Shown: one piece after another, positions 10,227 to 20,673 of the stretch
How positions within the stretch are numbered: position 1 is the stretch's first letter
How the letters are laid out: the number at the start of each line of letters is the position of its first letter
Source of the DNA: a virus
Direction: 5' to 3' (one strand)
DNA: 64,000 nt
IMG/VR virus record: IMGVR_UViG_3300033512_000218
Span: 32,001-96,000 of that record
Position numbers and translations under genes: made by a program
Notes under the pieces: model-generated
The model's input: only the letters and a program-made list of their open reading frames with translations
Told to the model about the DNA's origin: nothing
Database searches by the model: none

Positions 10227-12008
10227 ATGGCTATAGATAAAGAAATAAAATTTAAAGGGACAAAAGCATATCAATATAATGCAAATGATAATACATGGTA
10301 TATATCAAAGAATATTCGACCGTTATGGTGGTTAAATATAGACGATAATTTGTCAATACAAAATAATTTAACTGTTCCTTTAAATGAATATTATTTTGGA
10401 AATGCTGGCACTGAAATTATACAAATTAAAACTATTATTACAAACAGAATATTAGTTCCAAGTACATCTAACATGACCATAGGAAATCCGAACATTCCTT
10501 GCATATGGCATACATTAGTACTCGGTGATATAATATCAATATCTGTAACAAATGCTGGATTTACTGCAAATTCATCGTATTATGTTACGTCAGTTAATCC
10601 AGGTGTTTCATTTCAATTGTCTTCATCATATACAAATACATCAAGAGTAATAAATCCAACATCTGCAACAATTGGATTGTTTTATAAAAAACAAGGAATT
10701 GCAATTTCCAATGCTTATATTACAGAAGGATATAGATCATTAACATTTGACCATGGAAATCATATTCAAGGCTCTTATCTTAGTGGCACTATACCTAACA
10801 ATAAAATATTAACTCAATGGGGCGTTCATATGTTTATAAAACCTTGGACAACAAACCAACCATTTCCTGTTGGAATTGCTCCAGAAAGAACTATTTTTCA
10901 CATTAAAGATTCTGTAAGTGGAAAATACATTAGAATATTTATTTCTACAACAAATTTAATGTCAGTTGATATTAATGGTAATCTACTTAATTTAGTAAAA
11001 GATTTATTTGCATCCAATTCATCAACAGCTGGATATGTTGTTGCTAAATACGATGGAACAAATTTAACATTACGTTCTTCTTCATTATTTTCAACACATT
11101 TTTCTGAAACATTATCAATTCCTGGATTAACATGGGAATTTAATAGTACAAATACTATTATAAGTATTGGAGCAAAAACAGATGGAACAACTGCATTATC
11201 AAAAATAAATATAGATAGTTTTAGATTTTATGATAGATATTTAACTGATGAAGAAGAAGTTGTTTTATATGGTAAAAACTATGGAAATGTATTTTCATCA
11301 TTTACTTCAACTGCTATGTATATGGATTATTTTAAATGGAGATGTGAAGAAACGAATGATACTCAACCAATGCAACAAACAGGATTTAATGGAACAATAA
11401 CTCCAGATAATGGAACTGTAAATTTAATAAGAAATGCAACAGGAACAGGAGTACTTATTAATCAATTAAATGAAAAAAATATTTGTTATGAATTTAATGA
11501 ATTATATAAAGGTTATTTATCATCTACAATAACTATACCTAATTTAAATGCTAATAGTGCTATAAGTATTGGAATGTGGTTTAAAGATACATCAACAACT
11601 ATTGATAATAGAAGATGGATTACTAATTCAACATTAAATAGCGGAATTGGATTAAAAATATTTAGTTTAGGACAAAGCAGTACAGGACAAAATATAATTC
11701 GTTTTAATAGTAATAATATTGAGAAATTGATTACAACAACCGATTGGAGAAATGTTTGGAATTATTGGACTATCGTTTTTGATTGTTATAAAAATATAGT
11801 TTTTTTATATAAAAACGGAATTTTATTAGATTCAATTACTCCAACAATATATACTCCTGTAGCAGGATTATTTATTGGAGGTAAAAATATTACAACCAAT
11901 ACAGAATATATTAATGGTTATATTAGAGATATTTCTATTAAACAATATCGAGTATCTGTCGGTGAAATGAAATTAACATATAATAACGGACATCCGTTAC
12001 AAACATAA
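10227..12008 (+). CDS. LamG/concanavalin-A-like lectin domain virion protein
   Basis: IDSFRFYDRYLT, ISIGMWFK, WNYWTIVFD..LYKNG and NGYIRDI motifs (two LamG-like domains). Confidence 0.7.
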   Translation: MAIDKEIKFKGTKAYQYNANDNTWYISKNIRPLWWLNIDDNLSIQNNLTVPLNEYYFGNAGTEIIQIKTIITNRILVPSTSNMTIGNPNIPCIWHTLVLGDIISISVTNAGFTANSSYYVTSVNPGVSFQLSSSYTNTSRVINPTSATIGLFYKKQGIAISNAYITEGYRSLTFDHGNHIQGSYLSGTIPNNKILTQWGVHMFIKPWTTNQPFPVGIAPERTIFHIKDSVSGKYIRIFISTTNLMSVDINGNLLNLVKDLFASNSSTAGYVVAKYDGTNLTLRSSSLFSTHFSETLSIPGLTWEFNSTNTIISIGAKTDGTTALSKINIDSFRFYDRYLTDEEEVVLYGKNYGNVFSSFTSTAMYMDYFKWRCEETNDTQPMQQTGFNGTITPDNGTVNLIRNATGTGVLINQLNEKNICYEFNELYKGYLSSTITIPNLNANSAISIGMWFKDTSTTIDNRRWITNSTLNSGIGLKIFSLGQSSTGQNIIRFNSNNIEKLITTTDWRNVWNYWTIVFDCYKNIVFLYKNGILLDSITPTIYTPVAGLFIGGKNITTNTEYINGYIRDISIKQYRVSVGEMKLTYNNGHPLQT

Positions 12009-12023
12009 AAAATAAAAAAATAA

Positions 12024-15023
12024 ATGGCAAATCAAATTAAATTATCAACAACAGGAACAATATCATCAATAACAATTAATGATTTATTTGCTTCTAAGTT
12101 TGTTCATCCTATCATAGATATGATATTGTGCGATATAACAAATCCTGCGGCATATCCATATTCAAACGATGATATTAAAAACAGTATTGATATTCAAACA
12201 GCAGTTACAAATGGCTATATTGTTTTACGAGATGAAAATAATAATATTATTTCTGATGTTACAGAAAGAAATTTTAATATATGGTCACCTGATGTAGATT
12301 CAACATCATCATTAAAAATAACAAAAGCAGATGGAACTACTGAAATATTAACTGTAGACAGTATAAATTCTATTATTAAAACAAATAGCATTGGAAATTT
12401 AGATGGAGTAGTTGTTTTTAATTTGCAAGATAGACAATTTTTTGATTCTGTAAATAAACAATCATTATCAACACAAGATAGAACTTTAAATAATACATCA
12501 GGAATTCCTATTATTCAATGGGGAAGTGGATTAAATGTATTTGATGATAGTGGCAACACATTGTTTTTAATATATCCTGAACACCCCGTTAGCAAAATAT
12601 CCATCAATAGAGAAAATCCTGTTAATTGTTTGGAAGTTGGAATGGAAAGTGATAATGACACTAATTATATTAGTGCTATGTCTTCTTCTGATAAAACTCG
12701 TGGTTTTAGTATTGATGATACAAATGGATATAAATGGGCAAATTATGTATTCAAAGAAGAAGATGGTGATACACAATATTTTGCTTCTGGAAATTCACAA
12801 AGAGATATTTTAGTTATGCAAAGTGATGGAAGAATCGGGATAAATATTCCAACTATAATAAACAATCTTGAAATTGTTAGAATAGTACAAACATCAAGTA
12901 ATACATATGCCACTGTTACAACTGAATTAACTCATAATTTAACAAACTTATCAATTGTTAAAATTATAAATGCTACTAATTCTAAATTTAATGGAACATT
13001 TTCAGTTGGTAATGTTGTTGGATTAACATTTAGAATTAATGGAGTATCAGTTGGTGCAATAACAGAAGAACCTACAAATGCTCAAGTGATTCAAGAAACA
13101 AATATTCCTATTGATTTTACTATAATGCCTCAGTTTTTAGATGCAATATATAGTTTTAATAAATCTTTAGATGTCGGAGTTGGAACAGGATTCATTGATT
13201 TAACTGCAAATATGCGTACATCATTTGGAACTGCTGATGTTATATTGCCTATTGCAACAGGTAGCTATTTATATGTAGGTCAAAAATATACATGGAAATC
13301 GACTTCATTTAATATTACAACTGCAACCGTTGGTTCTACTGCTATTACAGTAGAATATTCAAGTGGAACTAATTCTTGGACAGCTTTAACAACCTCCTCA
13401 ACATCAGGAAATGGATTAGTAGATGGAACAAGTAGATTAACTAAAGACGGAAATATTTCATGGAATCTTTCAACATTCAAATACTTATGGACAAGTAGAG
13501 AAATTATTATCGAAACGACTCCTCGTTCAACTGAAGAATTATATTGGATTAGAATAAGTTTAACAGGAACTATTACTGTTGCACCAACTGCTCAATCAAT
13601 TAGTAATAATGGAGGGAATAGAGTTGGAGTATACGCACAATCAGGAGATATAAATCCATTTTTTAAATTAGATAGTTTAGGTAGAGTAGGATTTTTACCA
13701 CCCGAATTAGAATCTCAATATAGTTTAGGTTCTTTAACTGGTCTTACAACGTCTAAATTTGAAGTTATTGCTGAAGATGGAGCAAGAAGTGATTTTATTT
13801 ATTACTTAGCAAATAGTACATCTGCTTCTCATCCTGCAATTGTATTAGCTAAAAGTGCTGGTACAATAGCTTCTAAAACACCTATAACAAATGGAAGTGA
13901 TATTGGAGCTGTATATGGATTTGGTTATGACGGAACAACTTTTAGAGAAAGCTGTAAAATTTTATTTGAAGCTGATGCTGGACATGGTGCAGGAGTTGTA
14001 TCAGGTAAAATGTCTTTATGGACAACAATAGGAACATCTGCAAACGAAAGAATGACAATAAAAAGCAGTGGTAATATCGGTATTGGAATAACAAGTCCTA
14101 CTGCAACATTACATTTAAAAGCAGGTACTGCAACAGCAAATACATCACCATTAAAATTAACAACAGGAGTTGCTTTAACAAATCCAGAAAATGGTTCATT
14201 AGAATATCATACTTCTCATTTATATTTTACAATTGGAACAACAAGATACCAATTAGACCAACCCACTATATTAGGTACTGTTACTTCGGGCGTTTGGAAT
14301 GGAACTACTATAGCAATTGCAAATGGTGGTACAAATTCTACAACAACCTTAAATAATGGTAGAGTAATGATTAGTGCAGGAGATTCAATTGTAGAGAATT
14401 CCGCATTAACATCATCAGCTTTAGTTTTGGGAGGTATTTCTTTATCTTCATTATCATTGGGAACTGCTAATCAAATAGTAGGAATGAATAATGCTGGTAC
14501 AGGAAATGAATATAAAACATTATCAGTAGGTACAAATGGAACAGATTTTAACATTGTATTAAATTCTGCAAATAGTATTGTTTTAAATTTACCAGATGCT
14601 TCTACTTCTAATAGAGGAGTTGTTACAACAGGAATCCAATCTTTTAGGGGACAAAAAACATTTACTAATTCAGTTATTTTTAATCAAAATATAGTAAATA
14701 ACGGAATTATAACAGTATCCATAACAGCATCTCAAAATAATTATAATCCTGTTGGATTATCAACTTGTAATGTAATAAGAATATCATCAAGTGCATCATA
14801 TAACATAACGGGTTTAACGGCTCAAGAATCTGGTAGAACTATTATGATAATTAATATAGGTACTCAAGCAATAACATTAGTAACTGAAAGTGCTTCATCT
14901 ACAGAATCAAATAGATTTGCATCACCATCAAATCAATTAGGAGCTAAAGAAAATGCTATTTTATGGTATGATATAACTTCAGCAAGATGGCGTGTAATAG
15001 CAAATAGTGTAAGACAATCATAA
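12024..15023 (+). CDS. tail fibre protein
   Basis: ERMTIKSSGNIGIGITSPTATLHL and GVWNGTTIAIANGGT fibre motifs. Confidence 0.75.
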   Translation: MANQIKLSTTGTISSITINDLFASKFVHPIIDMILCDITNPAAYPYSNDDIKNSIDIQTAVTNGYIVLRDENNNIISDVTERNFNIWSPDVDSTSSLKITKADGTTEILTVDSINSIIKTNSIGNLDGVVVFNLQDRQFFDSVNKQSLSTQDRTLNNTSGIPIIQWGSGLNVFDDSGNTLFLIYPEHPVSKISINRENPVNCLEVGMESDNDTNYISAMSSSDKTRGFSIDDTNGYKWANYVFKEEDGDTQYFASGNSQRDILVMQSDGRIGINIPTIINNLEIVRIVQTSSNTYATVTTELTHNLTNLSIVKIINATNSKFNGTFSVGNVVGLTFRINGVSVGAITEEPTNAQVIQETNIPIDFTIMPQFLDAIYSFNKSLDVGVGTGFIDLTANMRTSFGTADVILPIATGSYLYVGQKYTWKSTSFNITTATVGSTAITVEYSSGTNSWTALTTSSTSGNGLVDGTSRLTKDGNISWNLSTFKYLWTSREIIIETTPRSTEELYWIRISLTGTITVAPTAQSISNNGGNRVGVYAQSGDINPFFKLDSLGRVGFLPPELESQYSLGSLTGLTTSKFEVIAEDGARSDFIYYLANSTSASHPAIVLAKSAGTIASKTPITNGSDIGAVYGFGYDGTTFRESCKILFEADAGHGAGVVSGKMSLWTTIGTSANERMTIKSSGNIGIGITSPTATLHLKAGTATANTSPLKLTTGVALTNPENGSLEYHTSHLYFTIGTTRYQLDQPTILGTVTSGVWNGTTIAIANGGTNSTTTLNNGRVMISAGDSIVENSALTSSALVLGGISLSSLSLGTANQIVGMNNAGTGNEYKTLSVGTNGTDFNIVLNSANSIVLNLPDASTSNRGVVTTGIQSFRGQKTFTNSVIFNQNIVNNGIITVSITASQNNYNPVGLSTCNVIRISSSASYNITGLTAQESGRTIMIINIGTQAITLVTESASSTESNRFASPSNQLGAKENAILWYDITSARWRVIANSVRQS

Positions 15024-15039
15024 ATAAAAAAATAAAAAT

Positions 15040-15759
15040 ATGTATAATTTATATAGAGAAAATATAGAGAATTGGACTTCTATTAATGATAGTGGAATTC
15101 CAACTTTTAAATTTAGTAATTCTATTCCAAATGGATATGTACCATACGATTCGATATTAGAAATATTTAGTGCTATTGAATATTGTAAAATTTTAATTAT
15201 TGATAATATTGAATATTATTGTGATTATAAGTTTATAAGAGATAGAATAAAAGATAAGTTTACTGAATGGAATAATCATTCAATACAAGAAAAATCTATA
15301 TTTTGTCAATTAAAAATAGGAAGTGAAACTGAAAGAATTGAATTTTTAGAAAGTATATATCCAACGCAAGGATTTATTATAAATCAAAAAATGATGCTAA
15401 ATTATGCTTATAAAGCAACAACTATAAGCAGAGGAAATAGAGTTAAATTAGCATTTAATGAAATATGGTGTAGATTAAATCCAGACGATGCAAAAATAAT
15501 AGCTTCAAAAGGTTCAGAATCAGTTATAGCATATACTACTTTTGGTTCTGATGGAACAATAAATAATGACATGGACGGTATTTATGATTTTATTTATGGA
15601 ATATCAGGAACAAAATATGAAAATAATGGAATATTACAACAAAATCTAATAAGTGAACCAATTGGATATACTCAATTAGAGTTTTGTAACTTTTTATTTA
15701 ATCTTGCTATAACAGGTGAATATTTAAATTTACAAATGGCTCAAGCAATTGGATTATAA
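15040..15759 (+). CDS. hypothetical protein (possible tail fibre chaperone)
   Basis: position immediately after the fibre gene. Confidence 0.5.
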   Translation: MYNLYRENIENWTSINDSGIPTFKFSNSIPNGYVPYDSILEIFSAIEYCKILIIDNIEYYCDYKFIRDRIKDKFTEWNNHSIQEKSIFCQLKIGSETERIEFLESIYPTQGFIINQKMMLNYAYKATTISRGNRVKLAFNEIWCRLNPDDAKIIASKGSESVIAYTTFGSDGTINNDMDGIYDFIYGISGTKYENNGILQQNLISEPIGYTQLEFCNFLFNLAITGEYLNLQMAQAIGL

Positions 15760-15783
15760 AAATAAATACATAAACTAAATATA

Positions 15784-16080
15784 ATGAGTGAATTTTTAAG
15801 ACCAGACGAAATATTAAATAATATATATGATTCGTATACAATAGAAACATTTCAACGTATCGATGAAATTCTTAATGTAGTATATTCAACTGATGTTAAA
15901 GCATTAGCAATTAAAATAATAGATGGTATAACAATATCAAATATTATTGATGATGCTAATATTAATAATGTAGGTAAATTTAGATATTATGATGATGATA
16001 CTAATTCATATTTAGATATGTGTATGAAAACAGGATTAGATACGTATGAATGGATTAATATAAAAACAAATACTTGGTAG
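15784..16080 (+). CDS. small protein sharing the MSEFLRPDEILNN N-terminus with the 2349-aa fibre
   Basis: first ~45 aa align with 2699-9748. Confidence 0.7.
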   Translation: MSEFLRPDEILNNIYDSYTIETFQRIDEILNVVYSTDVKALAIKIIDGITISNIIDDANINNVGKFRYYDDDTNSYLDMCMKTGLDTYEWINIKTNTW

Positions 16081-16108
16081 AAATATTTAGTATTTATATA
16101 TAAATAAG

Positions 16109-16528
16109 ATGAAGATGAAAATATTAATAGTAGATGATTATCATATAGATTTATATTTAGCCAAAGAAACAATAAATGAATTAAATATACATTGTGAAAT
16201 CTTTGAAGCTGAAGATGGTGAAAAGGCATTACAAATATTAAATAGTAATAATATTGATATAGTGTTGTTGGATATTAAAATGCCTAAAATGGATGGAATT
16301 GAAGTATTAAAACAAATTCGTAAAAATAATAAAAATATAAATGTTATAATGCTTACAACAAGTGATATGGATGACGATATTAAAGAAACATATAAGGAAA
16401 AAGCAAATGGTTATATTATTAAACCAATTAAACCACAAATATTTGTAAATAGATTGAAAACAATGAAAGGAGTTTTTGTTGATAAAGATTTTGAATATAT
16501 TAACTTCTATAATACTTCTATTTTATGA
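16109..16528 (+). CDS. single-domain response regulator (receiver)
   Basis: ILIVDD, VLLDIKMPKMDG, MLTTS, YIIKP; GTATTTAT at 16090. Confidence 0.92.
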   Translation: MKMKILIVDDYHIDLYLAKETINELNIHCEIFEAEDGEKALQILNSNNIDIVLLDIKMPKMDGIEVLKQIRKNNKNINVIMLTTSDMDDDIKETYKEKANGYIIKPIKPQIFVNRLKTMKGVFVDKDFEYINFYNTSIL

Positions 16529-17034
16529 GAAAAATAATTTTAATTATATTATATATTCTTTTTTTTAATATAACATCTTATTCAATAGGTGATACAATAC
16601 CTAAACAACAAGTATATTATCAAGTACCAATTAAAAATAATAATGATACTACAAATCAATCCTATTTAATTGTAACAATAATTACAGTTTTATTTGGTGC
16701 AAGTGCTGGTATTTGGGGTATTATAAAAATAGCCCAACAAAATAATGTTCAAAAATACTTAAAATCAGAAAGTATAAAGGAAAAGAGTTTAGATTATAAT
16801 TTTAAAAACGATGAAGATTTTCAACAAGGTATTGTTAAAAGATTGATTGATGAATATGTTAATCAAAATAGTTGGATAACAACTGAATTTAGTGCAAGGT
16901 TGGATAAACTTATTACCGATACAGTTGAATCAAATAAATTAATTAAAGATATATATGCTCAATTAGATATTACTCGGAGAGAATTAAGAGAATATCAAAA
17001 ACAATTAGAAGAATTATTAAAAAAAGGGAAATAA
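16525..17034 (+). CDS. membrane protein with signal/TM segments and C-terminal coiled coil (holin-like?)
   Basis: hydrophobic N-terminus, TM LIVTIITVLFGASAGIWGII, coiled-coil tail; ATGA overlap with the receiver gene. Confidence 0.5.
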   Translation: MRKIILIILYILFFNITSYSIGDTIPKQQVYYQVPIKNNNDTTNQSYLIVTIITVLFGASAGIWGIIKIAQQNNVQKYLKSESIKEKSLDYNFKNDEDFQQGIVKRLIDEYVNQNSWITTEFSARLDKLITDTVESNKLIKDIYAQLDITRRELREYQKQLEELLKKGK

Positions 17035-17047
17035 ATTCCCTTTTTTA
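17019..17047. terminator. bidirectional terminator
   Basis: AAAAAAAGGGAA-ataaa-TTCCCTTTTTT between convergent genes. Confidence 0.75.
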
Positions 17048-17200
17048 TTTATAAATTAATATCTGGTTCAGAATGTTTATATTCTTTTAATGTTGTTTGC
17101 ATTGCATTAATTAAATAAGATACTTCTTTATATGGTTGTTCTTGTAAATAAGTAATTATTTTAACAGCCAATTCCTCTGTAATAATAAAGTCTTTCATGA

Positions 17201-17407
17201 TTATTGTAAAATAGTTTGAATGTTTGTTTCTGTTTGTGATTTAATAGTATAATCCGAATATACTCCTTCATAATATTTAGCAACAATTGCTTCAATTTCT
17301 GTCATTCCTGACGTATATACTATTAATCTTTCAGTTCTTTTTTTTGTTTTTTCTGTTTCTTCATCCATTGTATTAACAACAATTTTCACATCATAATATT
17401 TATTCAT
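17201..17407 (-). CDS. DUF4494-like protein
   Basis: KYYDVKI...KTKKRTERLIV..GMTEIEAIV resembles Bacteroidota DUF4494. Confidence 0.55.
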   Translation of the reverse strand: MNKYYDVKIVVNTMDEETEKTKKRTERLIVYTSGMTEIEAIVAKYYEGVYSDYTIKSQTETNIQTILQ

Positions 17408-17476
17408 CTTGTTAAATTTTTAAAAATTATTAATTAAGTTTGTTTTGTATTTATTTTAAAATAAAGTAAATAAAAA

Positions 17477-18418
17477 ATGATTAATACGATACTTCAACAA
17501 AATTCAATTGGTTTTTTATTGGCAGACGAAAACAAAAAAATTATATCATTAAATAAATATATAACTAATTTATTTAATATAAATAATTCTGAATTTATTG
17601 GAGCGGATGTTACTATTATGTTTAAAATAGATAAAAATAATCTACAAAAATTAAATATAATAGGATTTGTATCTTTTGATAGTTATGTAAATAATTATGA
17701 TAAATTAATAAATATTACAGTTATTAAAAATGACAAATTTTATTATGGTATTATATTGGATAAAACAAATGAAAATAATCTACATAATGAAATAATTAAA
17801 ATAAATAATTTATTTAAAAATAATATAAGTGAAAATGAAAGATATAAAACATTATTAAACAGTATAATTAATGCTTTGGCTCATAATTTTAGAACAAATA
17901 TTTATACTATAAAAAAATTATCAAATACTGATTCCATTAAATATTCAGATAATATTATTACTCTTATAGATGATATATTAAAATATTATAATGTATTTAA
18001 TCATGATGTATCAATATCAGATGTAAAATTAATTAACTTAATACATCCTAATACACTAATTGAAACAAATATAGATGATTTAATATATATAAAATCAGAT
18101 ACAGTATTATTAAATATTATATTTAATGAAATTATTGATAATGCTATAAAATTCGGTAATAACAATATAATAAAAATTATATATACTGATTTAGGATTTT
18201 ATCATAAAATAAGTATAAAAGATAATGGAATAGGATTTAATATAAAATATAAAAACGAAATATTTAAATTGTTTAGTAAATTAAATACAACTTTTACTGG
18301 TACAGGACTTGGATTAGCTATTGTAAAATTATGTATTGATAAACTAATAGGTAATATTAATGTAAACAGTCAAATAAATATAGGTAGTGAATTTATTATT
18401 TTACTTGATAAACAATAA
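17477..18418 (+). CDS. cytoplasmic sensor histidine kinase (PAS-like, HisKA, HATPase)
   Basis: H-box AHNFRT, N-box NEIIDNAIKF, G1 DNGIGF, F-box IFKLFSKL, G2 GTGLGL; GTATTTAT at 17447. Confidence 0.88.
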   Translation: MINTILQQNSIGFLLADENKKIISLNKYITNLFNINNSEFIGADVTIMFKIDKNNLQKLNIIGFVSFDSYVNNYDKLINITVIKNDKFYYGIILDKTNENNLHNEIIKINNLFKNNISENERYKTLLNSIINALAHNFRTNIYTIKKLSNTDSIKYSDNIITLIDDILKYYNVFNHDVSISDVKLINLIHPNTLIETNIDDLIYIKSDTVLLNIIFNEIIDNAIKFGNNNIIKIIYTDLGFYHKISIKDNGIGFNIKYKNEIFKLFSKLNTTFTGTGLGLAIVKLCIDKLIGNINVNSQINIGSEFIILLDKQ

Positions 18419-18465
18419 ATAAATTATTTAATTTAAAATAAAAATGATTATAACTTTATTTAAAA

Positions 18466-18798
18466 ATGAAAAATAAACTAAAAATTGAAATAAGATTAAT
18501 TTGGTATTTTATTGAATCAATGTATACAAAATTATTAAGACTGTTTCATATTAATAAAGATAAATCAATTATTCCTAAATGAATGTATTGCTATGTAATG
18601 GATGAAGAACTAAATAAACAAAAACCTACTTCAGAAGAGGGATATTATATAAAAACATGCAAATATTATAGAAGTACTCCAAAAACAAAAGGAATAGCAT
18701 GTACATATACAGGTTATTATGGATTTGATTTTGGTCTTTATGACCAATGCAAAATTTGTGGAGAAAATGATGAAATAGATGAAAGAGATTTAATATAA
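18466..18798 (+). pseudogene. Cys-rich protein gene with in-frame TGA at 18580-18582
   Basis: ATG at 18466 is in frame with ORF 18583-18798 across IPK*MYCY. Confidence 0.55.
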
Positions 18799-18814
18799 AT
18801 AAATATATTTAATT

Positions 18815-19024
18815 ATGATAGTTGATATTAAATGCCATAAATGTAAAAAAGAATTTGAAGCAGAATGGAATGTGAGAGGAAAATGTCCTAATTGTGAAAA
18901 CAAATATGATTGGACATGGGATGGTGAGTTGTGGAGTGATTTTGAAACTTGTTTTCCAATATTTGAAAGTGAAACGGAAGGTGTTAAAAACTCTTTTTTA
19001 CTTGTAATAGATTGGGATTTTTAA
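18815..19024 (+). CDS. zinc-ribbon protein
   Basis: CHKC...CPNC. Confidence 0.6.
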   Translation: MIVDIKCHKCKKEFEAEWNVRGKCPNCENKYDWTWDGELWSDFETCFPIFESETEGVKNSFLLVIDWDF

Positions 19025-19026
19025 AT

Positions 19027-19083
19027 TTTAACATTTATTAAGATAATTAAATTTGTATTTTTACTTTATTTATATTATCTTTA
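19027..19083 (+). promoter_or_regulatory. 57-bp early-type promoter upstream of cassette array 1
   Basis: motif copy with a variant -7 box (TATCTTTA). Confidence 0.65.
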
Positions 19084-19210
19084 TAATATAATTTAAAATG
19101 AATATTAACCAACAACTGATATTAGGACAGAAACAATGGCTTATATTTGTTGTAAGCAAATAATCACTAAATTGTATGTTATGTACTTTTATCATAATAC
19201 ATTAATCAAA

Positions 19211-19447
19211 ATGGAAAATATAAAAATGAGTTTTAAAGATGCCCCTGTCGGTGCAAGATTTAAGTATCCAAATGATACAAGCGGAAATATTTGGGTTAAA
19301 ATTAATTCATATCCACAAAGTAGATTTGAAAGCGGATTAGGATTGATTTGTAAATGGGAAGGAAATATAAAAAGTTATCAATCTTTTTGCTCGTTTAGTG
19401 ATGAAAATAATGGAATTTCATTTGAAACTGAAATCGAGTTATTATAG
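19211..19447 (+). CDS. cassette hypothetical protein
   Basis: likely start MENIKMSF; ends just before site A. Confidence 0.6.
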   Translation: MENIKMSFKDAPVGARFKYPNDTSGNIWVKINSYPQSRFESGLGLICKWEGNIKSYQSFCSFSDENNGISFETEIELL

Positions 19448-19451
19448 TTGC

Positions 19452-19578
19452 TAACGGTTGCAAATAAACACAGTAAAAGATATGAAAGAACAAATTTTAG
19501 AAATAGCAGAAAAACTTAGATTAGAACTAATAACTGAATACGAAGCACAAAACCTTTTATTTGGTTTATTTAGTGTTA
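19452..19578. repeat. attC-like site A
   Basis: TAAC..CAAATAAACACAGTAAAAG / CTTTTATTTGGTTTATTTAG..GTTA. Confidence 0.65.
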
Positions 19579-19691
19579 TACAACGAAGTGAACAGTTGGT
19601 TGCTTTTGTAAAATGGTTAGAAGCTAATTCAGACCACTCAATTGATAGAGGTTGGATAGAAGAATATATTGAAGCAACCAATTGTGTATAA
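19482..19691 (+). CDS. cassette hypothetical protein starting inside site A
   Basis: MKEQILEI...LFSVIQRSEQLVAF; stop codon is the TAA of the next TAAC. Confidence 0.6.
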   Translation: MKEQILEIAEKLRLELITEYEAQNLLFGLFSVIQRSEQLVAFVKWLEANSDHSIDRGWIEEYIEATNCV

Positions 19692-19804
19692 CGGCTGAGT
19701 ATTGGCGTTGTTGCCATCATAAACGATTATTAATAACACTAAATTATAAAATTATGACAAAAGTTTCAGAAAACCACGAAGGCAATAACGCTAATACTTT
19801 GTTA
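19689..19804. repeat. attC-like site B
   Basis: arms AGTATTGGCGTTGTTGCC (19698) / GGCAATAACGCTAATACT (19781). Confidence 0.85.
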
Positions 19805-19978
19805 GCCACAGTTATTCCTCAATCAAAAGAAGAGTTGTTAGAATGTATTCAAAATTTGATGGGTGTATTTGACACACCAGTTTCAAGAAGAGCAATAAAG
19901 GGTGAATTTGCCGATGAAGTTCGTAAGATAGGTCGTCAAATTTTGGAAAGTAATGGTAAATCAATGTACGATATATAA
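19754..19978 (+). CDS. cassette hypothetical protein starting inside site B
   Basis: MTKVSENHEGNNANTLLATVIPQ; A-rich leader lies in the hairpin loop. Confidence 0.65.
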   Translation: MTKVSENHEGNNANTLLATVIPQSKEELLECIQNLMGVFDTPVSRRAIKGEFADEVRKIGRQILESNGKSMYDI

Positions 19979-19985
19979 TTGTGGC

Positions 19986-20071
19986 TAACGTATCGTGTAT
20001 GAGCAGTGGCACTTGTACACACTTTCAAATTAGCTACAACGATTATGTGCCATTGCTTATACACGGTGTTA
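19986..20071. repeat. attC-like site C
   Basis: arms CGTGTATGAGCAGTGGCAC / GTGCCATTGCTTATACACG. Confidence 0.85.
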
Positions 20072-20109
20072 GTGACAGTACTTTTTTTAATAATCTAATA
20101 ATCAATTAT

Positions 20110-20664
20110 ATGAAAGCTGAAAAACAAATAATTTACGATGACGAAAATGCAGCCAGATTCGTTGAAAATATCAAAGGTTGGGTTGATATTAATAATCAAT
20201 TTTATGGGAATAATTCAGATTCTGAACATATGGCACGTTGGTCAAGTTGCACACATAAAAAATGTAAATGCGGAAAGCTAATAACTAAAGGATGGACGAA
20301 ATGCGATGAATGTAGAACTAACTCCGAAATTGAAAGATATAACCAACTTACATTTAAAGAATATAATGGTGATATAGTTTATTCACATTATGCTGACCGA
20401 TACTTTATGGATTCTGATGAAATAGAAGATTATTGCTCTGAGGAAGAAATTGAGACTAAAGATTTGAGGCTTGTATTTTGCGAACCAAATAAATTTAGCC
20501 AAATATATAGTGACTATTGGGAAGATGTATTGCAAGAAGATTCAGAAGGCGAATTACCTACGAAGTTACAAGAGGCTTTAGATAATTTAAATAAAATCAT
20601 TTCTGAAATGCCTCCAGCGAGTTATTGCCCAAGTAAAACACGAACTGAATATCGTAGCGTGTAG
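20110..20664 (+). CDS. cassette phage protein with Cys cluster
   Basis: likely start MKAEKQIIYDD; CTHKKCKCG..CDEC. Confidence 0.7.
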   Translation: MKAEKQIIYDDENAARFVENIKGWVDINNQFYGNNSDSEHMARWSSCTHKKCKCGKLITKGWTKCDECRTNSEIERYNQLTFKEYNGDIVYSHYADRYFMDSDEIEDYCSEEEIETKDLRLVFCEPNKFSQIYSDYWEDVLQEDSEGELPTKLQEALDNLNKIISEMPPASYCPSKTRTEYRSV

Positions 20665-20673
20665 TATTGGCAC

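Noticed and set aside
3670-13480. Short minus-strand ORFs inside the tail genes, and other shadow ORFs (e.g. 486, 827, 29749, 30587, 34070, 37963, 38004)
   Set aside because: They are antisense or alternative-frame shadows of longer, motif-bearing genes.
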